Shown here in pieces: positions 27,317 through 36,735 of a DNA stretch of 64,000 nucleotides. The position numbers and the translations under genes are program-made. The notes under the pieces are model-generated. The model saw only the letters and a program-made list of their open reading frames with translations. It was not told the origin of the DNA and did no database searches. The stretch comes from Bacillota bacterium (GTDB lineage: Bacteria > Bacillota > Desulfotomaculia > Desulfotomaculales > Nap2-2B), in assembly GCA_040755215.1 (NCBI GenBank), contig JBFMBG010000004.1, positions 353 to 64,352 of the forward strand. Direction: 5' to 3'. Every line of letters starts with the position of its first letter. Position 1 is the stretch's first letter.

Positions 27317-28084
27317 ATGAAAGGGAGTCTACTTAACTGTTTATCAGTCAAGGTAGCCGGAGAAATCCAACAGGTAAAGGCATCCAAAAGACAGCTCATC
27401 TTCGCGGGGACGTTGTTTGTTCTGTTTTGCCTGTTCGGTACCGCTTTTAGTAAACCTTTGCTAAATGTAAGTAAGCAACTGGTAAATAATCAGGTAAATG
27501 TTCCGGTTGACGACGATCACCCCCCGCAGGATGGTTTGCCGCAGGATGGTTTCCCCCAGGCGGTGCAGGCGGCCGGGGCAGCGGTAGAAATAGCCGAAGG
27601 TTACAGGGAGAAGCCGGTCAACCGCAGAGCCGGCGAACTCCCCTCAAGGGGGGACGTACTCAGAATGCCGGTCAAGAAACAGGAAACGGGTAATTCCGGG
27701 TTTACGCTCCCGCCTACGCCTTACGACCCTATATTTCAGTCGGCCAGCCTCAAGAGCGGTGTGGACGTCAGGCTGTTGAAAGCCGTAGCCCAGGTAGAGT
27801 CCGGCATGAACCCGCAGTGCGTTTCCCATAAAGGTGCTTTGGGCATTATGCAGTTAATGCCGGAAACGGCAAAGCTGCTCGGGGTCAGCGACCCGTTCGA
27901 TCCCGGCCAGAATATCCATGCCGGCGCCCTGTATCTCAGCCGGCAAATCAGGCATTTCGGCAGCCTGGATTTAGCCCTGGCGGCCTATAACGCCGGTCCG
28001 AACGCGGTCAGGGAATACGGCGGCGTGCCGCCCTTCCGGGAAACGATCAATTATATCGCCAGAGTGAAAAGCTACCTGGAGTAG
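27317..28084 (+). CDS. Lytic transglycosylase (SLT domain) with N-terminal membrane anchor
   Basis: AVAQVESG, GALGIMQLMP, ALAAYNAGP, PPFRETINY; 15-bp tandem repeat (PQDGL/PQDGF) at 27524-27553. Confidence 0.9.
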   Translation: MKGSLLNCLSVKVAGEIQQVKASKRQLIFAGTLFVLFCLFGTAFSKPLLNVSKQLVNNQVNVPVDDDHPPQDGLPQDGFPQAVQAAGAAVEIAEGYREKPVNRRAGELPSRGDVLRMPVKKQETGNSGFTLPPTPYDPIFQSASLKSGVDVRLLKAVAQVESGMNPQCVSHKGALGIMQLMPETAKLLGVSDPFDPGQNIHAGALYLSRQIRHFGSLDLALAAYNAGPNAVREYGGVPPFRETINYIARVKSYLE

Positions 28085-28161
28085 CCGGGGCAAATAGGAT
28101 TTTGCTTTATTTACTCGTTTAGATAAGGTATAATAAGCTAAAGCATTTTGGAGGTGCGGAG

Positions 28162-28332
28162 TTGAAATTCCGGTATACCTCGCATGCTGAAAAGCAACTC
28201 ATGGAAAGAAAAATATCTAAAAAGCAAGTCTGCGAAGCAGTGGCCAATCCCGTGAAAAAGGTACACCTGTTAGTCCTGACTGTTTATAGAACAACAAAAA
28301 TACAGAAATATTGGAGGGTTAATAATTTATGA
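28162..28332 (+). pseudogene. DUF4258-type toxin with an apparent internal deletion (56 aa; not in the ORF track)
   Basis: MKFRYTSHAEKQLMERKIS...AVANP joined directly to VLTVYRTTKIQKYW; SD GGAGGTG; ATGA overlap with the next gene. Confidence 0.6.
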
Positions 28333-28550
28333 GAGTGCGTTATGATCCTGAGGCCGATGCTCTCTACATCCGTTTTCGTGAGGGGTCAATTGAGGAAACT
28401 GAAGAAGTATCATCCGGCGTACTTTTAGATTTAGATCCGGACGGAAACCCAATGGGATTAGAAATTCTTGACGCATCCAAAAAATTAGGGAAGATGCCTT
28501 TAACGGTGGAGTTAGAAATGCCTGGGATCGGGAAAAGGCAAGCGCTATAG
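28329..28550 (+). CDS. DUF2283-family putative antitoxin
   Basis: MRVRYDPEADALYIRF...GLEILDAS. Confidence 0.85.
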   Translation: MRVRYDPEADALYIRFREGSIEETEEVSSGVLLDLDPDGNPMGLEILDASKKLGKMPLTVELEMPGIGKRQAL

Positions 28551-28651
28551 AATCCCGGCGGGTCTCCCCCTTCCTGGGAAGAAGTGCTTGTTTTTTTTGA
28601 CCGTCACCCATATAATTTGTATTAAAATAGTTCTCAAGGGGGTTTTGGCAA

Positions 28652-28801
28652 GTGGGTAAACACATTAAAACAGTTGCCCGGCCGGCTTTACAGTCAACCG
28701 TAAAAAACCGTGGTTGCGGGGAGTGCCAGACGTCGTGCCAGTCGGCCTGCAAAACGTCGCTCACCGTCAGCAACCAGGTGTGCAAAAAGGAACGCCGGTA
28801 G
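28652..28801 (+). CDS. scfA: SCIFF/ranthipeptide precursor (49 aa, five Cys; not in the ORF track)
   Basis: MGKHIKTVARPALQSTVKNRGCGECQTSCQSACKTSLTVSNQVCKKERR, directly upstream of the maturase. Confidence 0.92.
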   Translation: MGKHIKTVARPALQSTVKNRGCGECQTSCQSACKTSLTVSNQVCKKERR

Positions 28802-28809
28802 TTTTTGAT

Positions 28810-28852
28810 AAAACCTGTCTGCTTTCTTAACACGGATAGGTTTTTCTTTTTT
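28810..28852 (+). terminator. Hairpin/partial terminator between precursor and maturase
   Basis: AAAACCTGTCTG...CGGATAGGTTTT followed by a T-run. Confidence 0.5.
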
Positions 28853-28863
28853 GGTGAGAGATA

Positions 28864-30246
28864 ATGATCCACAAATTTACCGTCAATGGCGAAAGGTTTG
28901 TTCTGGACGTAAACAGCGGCGCCCTGCACCTGGTGGACGAGGTGGTTTGGGATTTGCTGGACGATTACGGCCGGCGGCCGCGGGAAGAGCTTTTTGCCGC
29001 TTGCGCGCAGAAGTATCCGCCGGACGAGGTGGCCGGGGCCCTGGCCGAGATCGAGCAGCTCGCAGCGGAAGGGGCGCTGTTCAGCGAGGATACCCTGCGG
29101 GGCTCCTGGGAGCCGCCGGAGCACGGCATTGTCAAGGCCTTGTGCCTGCACCTGGCCCACGACTGCAACCTGCGCTGCCGCTACTGCTTCGGTGCGCAGG
29201 GAACTTTTTCCGGGCCGCGCTCTTTGATGCCGGCGGACGTCGGGCGGCGGGCGGTTGATTTTCTGCTGGCTTTTTCCGGGCCGCGCCGGCACGTCGAAAT
29301 TGACTTTTTCGGCGGGGAGCCCCTGCTGAATTTTGCGGTCCTCCGGGAGCTGGTGGCGTACGGCCGGGAAAAGGCCGCCCGGGCGAATAAAGAAATCAAG
29401 TTTACCGTTACCACCAACGCCGTCTTGCTGAACGATCAGGTCGGGGATTACCTGGCCGAAAATCAAATCAGCGTTATTTTAAGCCTGGACGGCCGCCCGC
29501 CGGTGCACGACCGGATGCGCGTTTTTCCCGACGGCAGCGGTTCCTATGCCAAAGTGATCGCGAAAATCAGCCGTTTTTTGCGCGCCCACCCGGACGCGGA
29601 TTATTACCTGCGGGGCACCTTCACGCGCGCCAACCCGGATTTTGCCGCCGACGTCCTGCATATGGCCGGTCTGGGTTTCACCAGGATTTCGTTGGAGCCT
29701 GTTGTGGCCGTGCCGGGGGAAGGGTACGCCCTGCGGGAAGAAGACCTCCCGGTTGTCTTTGCCGAATACGAGCGGCTTGCTGCGGAACTGGCCTCCCGGG
29801 CGGGGCAGGGGCGGGAGATTGACTTTTACCATTTCAACATCGATTTAGAAGGGGGTCCTTGCCTGCCCAGGCGCCTTTCGGGATGCGGCGCCGGTTGCGA
29901 CTACCTGGCCGTGACCCCGGAAGGGGATCTTTACCCCTGCCACCAGTTTGTGGGGCGCCGGGACTACCTGTTGGGGGATGTGGAGCGGGGTATAATCAGA
30001 AACGACCTGCGGGAATTGTTCCGGCACGCCCACATTTATAACAAAGAGGGGTGCGGGGAGTGCTGGGCCAGGTTCTACTGCAGCGGCGGCTGCCACGCCA
30101 GCGCCCAGGCGTTCAACAACGACATTCATAAACCTTGTCAGTTGGCCTGCCGGTTAATGCAAAAGCGCCTGGAGTGCGCGCTATATTACCAGGCAGGGAG
30201 GGTCCGGGATCAAAAAGCCGGGGGAGAAGGTACAAAGAAGGCATAA
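28864..30246 (+). CDS. scfB: SCIFF radical SAM/SPASM thioether maturase
   Basis: LDVNSGALH RRE-type N-terminus, KALCLHLAHDCNLRCRYCF, DFFGGEPL, GCGAG..YPCHQF, CWARFYCSGGC. Confidence 0.93.
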   Translation: MIHKFTVNGERFVLDVNSGALHLVDEVVWDLLDDYGRRPREELFAACAQKYPPDEVAGALAEIEQLAAEGALFSEDTLRGSWEPPEHGIVKALCLHLAHDCNLRCRYCFGAQGTFSGPRSLMPADVGRRAVDFLLAFSGPRRHVEIDFFGGEPLLNFAVLRELVAYGREKAARANKEIKFTVTTNAVLLNDQVGDYLAENQISVILSLDGRPPVHDRMRVFPDGSGSYAKVIAKISRFLRAHPDADYYLRGTFTRANPDFAADVLHMAGLGFTRISLEPVVAVPGEGYALREEDLPVVFAEYERLAAELASRAGQGREIDFYHFNIDLEGGPCLPRRLSGCGAGCDYLAVTPEGDLYPCHQFVGRRDYLLGDVERGIIRNDLRELFRHAHIYNKEGCGECWARFYCSGGCHASAQAFNNDIHKPCQLACRLMQKRLECALYYQAGRVRDQKAGGEGTKKA

Positions 30247-30394
30247 AGGCACAAAAGTGCACCAGACCAGGGAGGAAAAAGCACAGGCATGGGGGAAGCC
30301 AAAAAACCCCTCATGCGATCAGGGGACGGTTCTTTTGTCGCATTCTTGTTTTTTTCTCTCTCTGTGCCTTTGTGCCTGTTTAGCTTTGTGCCTT
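30228..30394. repeat. 8-nt-unit (GGCACAAA) inverted hairpin between convergent genes, enclosing a GGGGACGGTTCTTTTG REP-like unit
   Basis: Left AGGTACAAAGAAGGCATAAAGGCACAAAAG, right CTCTGTGCCTTTGTGCCTGTTTAGCTTTGTGCCT; both arms overlap stop codons. Confidence 0.7.
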
Positions 30395-31252
30395 TTCTTG
30401 ATAATATTTCAGCGTTTGTCCCAGATTGTACGCCAGGTCAATTAAGTGCACGCAGCCGTTTTGCCCCCCTAGAAGGGCGGCGATTTCTTTTTTGCCGGGC
30501 GCGGGAGCAAAGGGTTGGCCGATGAGGTGGAGGGCTTCCGTCATGCCTTCTTTGCAGACGTCGTCCGGGCCGCGCAGCATTTGGGCCCGGGCGCCGGCAA
30601 TCACGCTGCCGCCGCCGTTTAGCTTGAGCACGAGGCTCAGCTCGTGAAAAGAATCGTGGAAAATCCCGGTTAAAACAAAACCGCCGGAAGGGTCCCCGGA
30701 GGAGTGATTTTCAGGGGAACATTCCGGGGAATATAATGTGTACGAATGGCAACGGCAATAGAGATTGCTAAACCGCTCCTGGTCGGCGATGTGCTCCAGC
30801 CAGGTCTTTTTTACTTTTTCCAGGTTGCTGTAGTACCGGCAGGTGTTCCGGTACATTTCCCGCCAGTAGTCGTCGTAGTCCTTTGCGGAGGCGTAGCCCC
30901 GCTCCTTGATTAAATAGGTCTCCGCCTGGATTACCGCCCGGATGTTCTCCGCAAACAGGTTCTGTTCCAGCTCGTTTTCCCACCTGATCTTGCGCAGGTC
31001 CCGGCCTGCTTCAAAATAAGCGACAACCCCCACCAGTTCCGGGATTTCCCGGCTTTTGCAAAATTCCCTGCCGCCGGGGGCGCGGTAAGTTTCCACAATT
31101 GCCTCCCGGATGGCAAAAGTATGCGGATCTACCAGCATCTGGACGGACATTTCCCGTTTTGTATCCAGATAGTGTGTTTGGGCCCGCACGCCTTCCGGGA
31201 GTTTTTTCACGGTGCAGAGCCATTGCCGGTTGAAGAGCGCCTTCACGGCCAA
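30380..31252 (-). CDS. DUF2889-like domain protein
   Basis: FHDSFHELSL, MLRGPDDVC, GGQNGCVHLIDL; apparently two related halves. Confidence 0.6.
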   Translation of the reverse strand: MAVKALFNRQWLCTVKKLPEGVRAQTHYLDTKREMSVQMLVDPHTFAIREAIVETYRAPGGREFCKSREIPELVGVVAYFEAGRDLRKIRWENELEQNLFAENIRAVIQAETYLIKERGYASAKDYDDYWREMYRNTCRYYSNLEKVKKTWLEHIADQERFSNLYCRCHSYTLYSPECSPENHSSGDPSGGFVLTGIFHDSFHELSLVLKLNGGGSVIAGARAQMLRGPDDVCKEGMTEALHLIGQPFAPAPGKKEIAALLGGQNGCVHLIDLAYNLGQTLKYYQEKAQS

Positions 31253-31601
31253 CCCGCCTTTCCTGAATTTTTTGCCCTTGGGTAAAGTCTAACATACCGG
31301 ATGGAGGTTTTTCAAGGATGTCCCCACCGCCATCTTATGCTTACGAAAAGATTGCCGGCGTATTTTTTCGATTGAGCAGATTTTTGGTCAAAAACAAGCG
31401 AAAAAACTCATAACCTTTGCCTGTATTTACATTTGTTTACTTTACTCGTTGGCAGGTAATGTATTATAATTAACTAGCTTATTGCTTAATAGCTGCCAGT
31501 TCAGCCATTTAGCAACAAACAACCAGGCCGCGAAAACGGGTATGGCTGGGGAAAGGCAGCCGCGGCCGCTTTTTTGAGCGGGAAGGAGGTATGGGAGAAG
31601 T

Positions 31602-33008
31602 TTGCGGGAGTTGCTCTTCGCTTTTTGGAGTAAGCTAAAAGAGATGTTGAGCAAGTTTCGGGGTAAGTTGGATTTTCAGGAAGAGCCCCTGGATCACGTT
31701 CAGGTGATCGGCATAGCCGGGTTTATCATTTTTTTAATGATGATTTCGGCAATTCTTGCTAATGAAAACCGCCCGTGGGCGGTTCGCCTGGGCGGCCGGG
31801 TAGTGGCCGTGGTGGCCGATAAAAACGCTGCCCAGGCCGCCTTTGCGGAGTTGTTGAGCGAACGCGCCCGGGCTTTCGGGCAGCCGGTAAGCATCGCTGA
31901 ACGGATCACCTTTGAACGGGCCGGGAAAACGGACGGGCCGGCGGTGGACATCAACCTGTTTAAGGAAATACTTGCCAGAGAAGTGGAAGTAAGCACCCGC
32001 GCGACCGCTATCCTGATCAACGGAAAAAAAGCACTGGTTGTCCCGGACCAGGAAACAGCCGAGAGACTCCTCGCCAGTCTTAAGGAACAGTATGCGTCCG
32101 GCTTTCCCGGCCAGGCAGCCTTTGCCGAGGACGTCCGGTTACAAACGGTAAACGCCGACGTAAATGAGATCTTAACCTTCGAAAAAGCCTTCTCCTTAAT
32201 CGCAAAAGGAACCAGGGAAAAACAAACCTATACGGTTAAAGATGGCGACACCCTTTGGGGGATTGCCAACGCCTTCCGCCTGGATTTAGAAAAGCTGCTC
32301 GCCATGAACCCGGGCCTTTCCCCGGATCGGCTGCAGGTCGGTCAAACCATTAATCTCTCTGCCTATTCTCCTCTGATTAACGTAATCGTTACCGGCAAAA
32401 TCACCGTCAAAGAGGAAATTCCCTTTCCCGTGGAAGAGAGAGAAGACAACAGCCTTTACAAAGGCCAGCACAGGCTGGTGCAGCAAGGCAGCCCCGGGGA
32501 AAAGGAGGTCACTTACGCCGTCACTTATAAAAATGGTCTGGAGGAAAGCCGCCAGGCGTTGAGTGAAGAAGTTTTAAGAAAACCCACCGCGCAAATTGTA
32601 GCCAAAGGCTCCCGCCTTTTGCTTGCCGCGCGTTCCGGCGGGTCCGGGCGGTTGGGCTGGCCGGCGGCGGGACCGGTAGTGTCTCCCTTTGGCTGGCGGG
32701 GAAGAGAGTTTCACGCCGGCATCGACATTGGCGCCGACACGGGCGCCCCCGTGTGGGCCGCCGAGTCGGGCCGGGTGATCCGGGCCGGCTGGTACGGCGG
32801 CTACGGAAAGTGTGTGGATATCAACCACGGCGGCGGGGTGGTGACGCGGTACGCCCATCTTTCGGCGATCTCCGTCGGGATCGGCGAACAGGTTTCCCGC
32901 GGCCAGCTAATCGGCCGGGTAGGGAGCACCGGTTACGCCACCGGGCCCCACCTCCATTTTGAGGTAATTGCCGACGGACGACCCCTGAATCCCGTTCAGT
33001 TTTTGTAG
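31602..33008 (+). CDS. M23 peptidase with LysM and G5 domains
   Basis: YTVKDGDTLWGIA (LysM), G5 segment, HAGIDIG, YAHLS, TGPHLHFEV. Confidence 0.92.
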   Translation: MRELLFAFWSKLKEMLSKFRGKLDFQEEPLDHVQVIGIAGFIIFLMMISAILANENRPWAVRLGGRVVAVVADKNAAQAAFAELLSERARAFGQPVSIAERITFERAGKTDGPAVDINLFKEILAREVEVSTRATAILINGKKALVVPDQETAERLLASLKEQYASGFPGQAAFAEDVRLQTVNADVNEILTFEKAFSLIAKGTREKQTYTVKDGDTLWGIANAFRLDLEKLLAMNPGLSPDRLQVGQTINLSAYSPLINVIVTGKITVKEEIPFPVEEREDNSLYKGQHRLVQQGSPGEKEVTYAVTYKNGLEESRQALSEEVLRKPTAQIVAKGSRLLLAARSGGSGRLGWPAAGPVVSPFGWRGREFHAGIDIGADTGAPVWAAESGRVIRAGWYGGYGKCVDINHGGGVVTRYAHLSAISVGIGEQVSRGQLIGRVGSTGYATGPHLHFEVIADGRPLNPVQFL

Positions 33009-33117
33009 AATTACATCTTTTGGGTATTGATTTACAGGTTCTTAACAAGTAAAATTACTTATGATGGACGAGAGGATATACTCCTCTTGTTTTGTTTTTG
33101 AAAAGGAGTAGAGATCC

Positions 33118-33720
33118 GTGGCTAAGCAGGCAGCCAGGAAAAAAACCGCCTTCCGGGACAGGCGCAAAAGGCGCCAGAAAATTGTTTTCATCGTTCTGAC
33201 CGTCTTTCTTTCGGTGGGGCTGCTCGGCTCTTCCGTCGTCTGGTTGGGCGGCGGCTATTTTTCCCCGCCGCCGGAAAACGCGCAGGTGTCCCCCCAGCCG
33301 GACGACGTTGCCGGGCTGGAAGCCAGGGCAAAAGAGAATTCCGCCGACCCGCAGGTTTTGACGGCGCTGGCCAGGGCTTATTTCAACGCCGGACGCCTCC
33401 AGGATTCCCGGCAAACGTACGAAAAAGCGCTGGTCCAAAAGCCGGACGACGGCGCCTTGCGGCTGGAACTGGCCATGACGTGCTTTTTGCTCAGCGACTA
33501 CGACAGGGCAATTGCTGTCCTGGAAGAAGAAATCAGGCTCCATCCGGACAATCCGGAAGCCCATTATTTATACGGCCAGGTGCTGGCCGTGGGGAAGCAG
33601 GATTACCGGCGGGGCATCCAGGAGCTGGAGCAATTTATTGCGCTGGCGAAAACCGGCGAGGACGTGGCCAGAGCCCGCCGGATGATCGCGGAGTGGCAGA
33701 AAAACTTGCCTGCAAAATAG
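33118..33720 (+). CDS. Membrane-anchored TPR protein
   Basis: Basic N-terminus, one TM helix, TPR-like repeats (HPDNPEAHYLYG). Confidence 0.8.
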   Translation: MAKQAARKKTAFRDRRKRRQKIVFIVLTVFLSVGLLGSSVVWLGGGYFSPPPENAQVSPQPDDVAGLEARAKENSADPQVLTALARAYFNAGRLQDSRQTYEKALVQKPDDGALRLELAMTCFLLSDYDRAIAVLEEEIRLHPDNPEAHYLYGQVLAVGKQDYRRGIQELEQFIALAKTGEDVARARRMIAEWQKNLPAK

Positions 33721-33832
33721 GAGGCAGCCGCGTTAAATTCATTCCGAAGGACCCCGAGGAGTTCCCCGTGAGAACTTTCGTTCTCTCCGTTAATGATGAA
33801 AATAGAGGGCTGGAATTTGTCCGGGCGGGCGA

Positions 33833-34183
33833 CCCGGCACTCACCGGTAATCTGGTTACTTCGACATCAGGCAGGGCGATCTGGAACAATAGGGCATTCA
33901 AGAACAAACTACCAGTGAGTGCCGGGCGAAGGGTCGGGAACCGGACTTAAGCCGCAGCCGCGGCAAGCGAACCGGCAGCGCAATTGAGAAGTGGGATGTG
34001 AGAAGTTGGAGGTGGGAAAATCTCACTTCTAACTTCCCACCTCTCACTTCTCAATTGGTCGACCCGGAGCTCTTAAGCAAGCCGGACATCCGGCACTCAC
34101 TGGGGATCAGGTTGCTTCGTTGTCAGCCGGTGCTATTTGAAACAGTAAAACAATAAGCATACTGAGTGGCGGTGAGTGCCGGA
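33833..34183. repeat. Composite REP/REPIN-like element: two related about 94-bp units with CCGGCACTCAC/GTGAGTGCCGG ends flanking a heptamer hairpin
   Basis: Units 33833-33926 and 34089-34183 have similar loops; central CAATTG-bounded GTGAGAA/TTCTCAC-type hairpin at 33981-34057. Confidence 0.75.
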
Positions 34184-34251
34184 CCAGCCCGGTGGTAATG
34201 AATGGCTTAAGCGCTATTTTCGAAGGAGCAATGACGACAGAAGGTGATGAA

Positions 34252-35109
34252 ATGAAAAGTTTGCCCTTCTGGGCGAGAGTGATCCTGAAAATCCTGGCCG
34301 CCGCTTTAACCCTGATCGCTGCCGGCCTGGTCAGAATACCCGGCGAAATCAGAAGCTATACCTATACATTTGTCAAAGAACTTTCCAGGCTCCATACTTT
34401 ATTTGCCAACCGCCACCTTTTAACCCTCTCCGGCCAACACTTTGTGGTGAAGTATTATCCCGATAACGGCGCCAACGCTTCCCTGGTTCTGGAAACTGCC
34501 GAAAAGGCATACAATCAATTAGCTAAAAAATACGATTTTGATGCCCGGGGGGTGCCCGTCATCATCTATCCCTCCCGCGCGGAATTAAATGCGTGCTTCG
34601 GCTGGTCGGCCGCTGAGGGCGCCATGGGGGCCTACTGGGCGGGGGTAATCCGCGTGCTGGCGCCGGAGGCCTGGATACCGAAGGGGGAAGATGTCAAAGA
34701 AGTTTTTGCCGGTTCCGGACCGATGATCCACGAGCTTACCCACCTGATTGTCGACGGTCTGGCCAAAGGGAACGTCCCCCGGTGGTTTACCGAAGGGCTT
34801 GCCCAGTATGAAGAATACAGGCTCACCGGTTTTCAACTTCCCGGGCCGGAGGATTTCGGGAAGCGGACCTATCATTTTCGAGAGCTGGACAGGGAGTTCG
34901 ACCGGCTGCCCGACCAGGCTCTGGCTTACCGGCAAAGTTTTTCGGCGGTGGAATATCTTATTCAGGAATATGGCGAAGATAAGGTTAAGCAAATTTTAAA
35001 AACTTTGTCGCGGGGCAAAGATATGGAGGAGGCCCTCGTAAGCGCAACCGGGACGGGTTTAGGGGAATTTGAAAGAAACTGGCATAATTGGATTATGCAG
35101 AATGAATAA
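34252..35109 (+). CDS. Peptidase MA-family (gluzincin-like) metallohydrolase
   Basis: HELTH followed by PRWFTEGLAQY; N-terminal TM/signal segment. Confidence 0.8.
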   Translation: MKSLPFWARVILKILAAALTLIAAGLVRIPGEIRSYTYTFVKELSRLHTLFANRHLLTLSGQHFVVKYYPDNGANASLVLETAEKAYNQLAKKYDFDARGVPVIIYPSRAELNACFGWSAAEGAMGAYWAGVIRVLAPEAWIPKGEDVKEVFAGSGPMIHELTHLIVDGLAKGNVPRWFTEGLAQYEEYRLTGFQLPGPEDFGKRTYHFRELDREFDRLPDQALAYRQSFSAVEYLIQEYGEDKVKQILKTLSRGKDMEEALVSATGTGLGEFERNWHNWIMQNE

Positions 35110-35183
35110 CCCGGAGGCAGGAATTTTGAGCCCGGTAGAGAATCTTTAGTGATGAAAGATGTTGAAAAAGGTGACTGAAGAGC

Positions 35184-36437
35184 ATGGGCAGGCTCGTCAT
35201 TGCCGGAGGGAATGTTCTAAGCGGGCGGGTGCGCGTAAGCGGCGCTAAAAATGCTGCCCTGGCCATTATGTGCGCTTCCGTAATGGCGGAAGGGAAAGTG
35301 GTGCTGGAAAACATTCCTGATATTACGGACATTCAGGTCATGATCGATATAATCAGGTGGGTGGGAGCACGGATCCAGTGGCAGGAAAATGATTCCATGA
35401 CCATCCAAATGCCTGGCCGGATCGAAGGGATGCCCCCCTACGAGCTGGTCAAAAAATTAAGGGCGTCCAATTTGCTTTTGGGGCCCATGCTGGCCCGTTA
35501 CGGCCGGGTCGAGTTGTGCCTTCCGGGGGGCTGCAACATCGGGATCAGGCCCATGGATCTGCACTTTAAAGGCCTGGCTGCTTTGGGCGCCGGGCTCAGC
35601 CTGGAAAAGGGGGTTGTGCGGGCATCCGCCAGCCGCCTGACCGGCTCGCGGATTTACCTGGATTTTCCCAGCGTGGGGGCCACCGAAAATATTATGATGG
35701 CCGCCTGCCTGGCCAAAGGGCAGACTGTCATTGAGAATGTGGCGAAGGAGCCGGAGGTGGTCGATCTGGCTAATTTTTTGAATTGCCTGGGGGCCAGGGT
35801 CCGGGGCGCCGGCACCGATATTATCAAAATCGAAGGCGTGGACAGCCTGGGCGAATGCGTTCGTTATAGCGTCATTCCGGACCGGATCGAGGCCGGCACG
35901 TATATGGTGGCGGCGGCGGCCACCGGCGGGGACGTGGAACTGGAAAACGTTATTCCCCTGCACGTTGAGCCGCTCAGCGCCAAGCTGCGCGAAGCCAATG
36001 TGGATGTCTTTGAAGAGGGCGATGTTTTGCGCGTCAGGGCTTGTCATCCGCTGCGGCCGGTTGATATCAAAACGATGCCTTACCCGGGCTTCCCTACCGA
36101 CATGCAATCGCAGATGATGGCCCTGCTTTCCCGGGTCAGGGGAACCAGCATGATTGTTGAGAATATTTTTGAAAACAGGTTCCGGGTTGCCGACGAACTG
36201 AAAAGGATGGGCGCCAAAATAAAGGTGGAAGGGCGCCTGGCGATCATCGAAGGGGGGGACAAGCTTTTCGGCGCAAAGGTAAAGGCTACCGATTTGCGCG
36301 CCGGGGCCGCCCTGGTGGTGGCCGGTTTATTGGCCGAAGGGGAAACGGAAATAAGCAACGTCTATTATATCGACAGAGGGTACCACCGCCTGGAAGAAAA
36401 GCTGGCCTCCCTGGGAGCCCGGGTCTGGCGCCGGTGA
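35184..36437 (+). CDS. murA: UDP-N-acetylglucosamine 1-carboxyvinyltransferase
   Basis: SGAKNAAL, PGGCNIG.RP.DLH, SVGATEN, PGFPTDMQ, TDLRAGAA; SigH-like promoter at 35117-35145. Confidence 0.95.
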   Translation: MGRLVIAGGNVLSGRVRVSGAKNAALAIMCASVMAEGKVVLENIPDITDIQVMIDIIRWVGARIQWQENDSMTIQMPGRIEGMPPYELVKKLRASNLLLGPMLARYGRVELCLPGGCNIGIRPMDLHFKGLAALGAGLSLEKGVVRASASRLTGSRIYLDFPSVGATENIMMAACLAKGQTVIENVAKEPEVVDLANFLNCLGARVRGAGTDIIKIEGVDSLGECVRYSVIPDRIEAGTYMVAAAATGGDVELENVIPLHVEPLSAKLREANVDVFEEGDVLRVRACHPLRPVDIKTMPYPGFPTDMQSQMMALLSRVRGTSMIVENIFENRFRVADELKRMGAKIKVEGRLAIIEGGDKLFGAKVKATDLRAGAALVVAGLLAEGETEISNVYYIDRGYHRLEEKLASLGARVWRR

Positions 36438-36455
36438 ATTTAGGAATTGTCTTTT

Positions 36456-36473
36456 TTGTGAAGGCGTGTACAA
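36456..36473. promoter_or_regulatory. Rex-like operator upstream of dsrA
   Basis: TTGTGAA-GGCG-TGTACAA. Confidence 0.5.
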
Positions 36474-36489
36474 ATTTTTTCAGCAGCCG

Positions 36490-36585
36490 GCAGGAATAAA
36501 GCAGTGTTCCGCCGAATATAGGGATCAGGTCTCAGTTTATCGTGTCCAAATATTTAGCAGGATTCATTAAATAAACGACGAATTA
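36490..36585 (+). promoter_or_regulatory. Two tandem sigma-H-type promoters upstream of dsrA
   Basis: GCAGGAATA-N12-GCCGAATAT (36490-36519) and GCAGGATTC-N11-GACGAATTA (36557-36585). Confidence 0.55.
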
Positions 36586-36735
36586 TTAAAGGTTGGGTGC
36601 ATTAAGAACCGGAAGCCCGGGCAGTTGAGCGCAATCAGGAGGAATTCTGTGGGGGGTGAAAGCGGGTAATTGCGAAAGAATAAATTTTTTCGTGTTGCTT
36701 CTTAACTTTATCCATAAGGAGAGGAGTCGTGAAAG

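Noticed and set aside
26922-28550. tRNA-Gly as the attachment site of an island or prophage
   Set aside because: No integrase and no duplicated tRNA 3' end seen in the window; the SLT gene has no phage neighbours.
28327-29466. 379-aa minus-strand ORF
   Set aside because: Antisense to the DUF2283 gene, scfA and scfB, which are well supported.
31490-31600. c-di-AMP or c-di-GMP riboswitch upstream of the M23/LysM gene (and upstream of the SLT gene)
   Set aside because: Some pairing potential, but I could not match the conserved aptamer motifs by eye; an Rfam search would be needed.
33833-34183. Possible CRISPR array
   Set aside because: The repeats are inverted pairs with related loops, not regularly spaced direct repeats with unique spacers; no cas genes are present.
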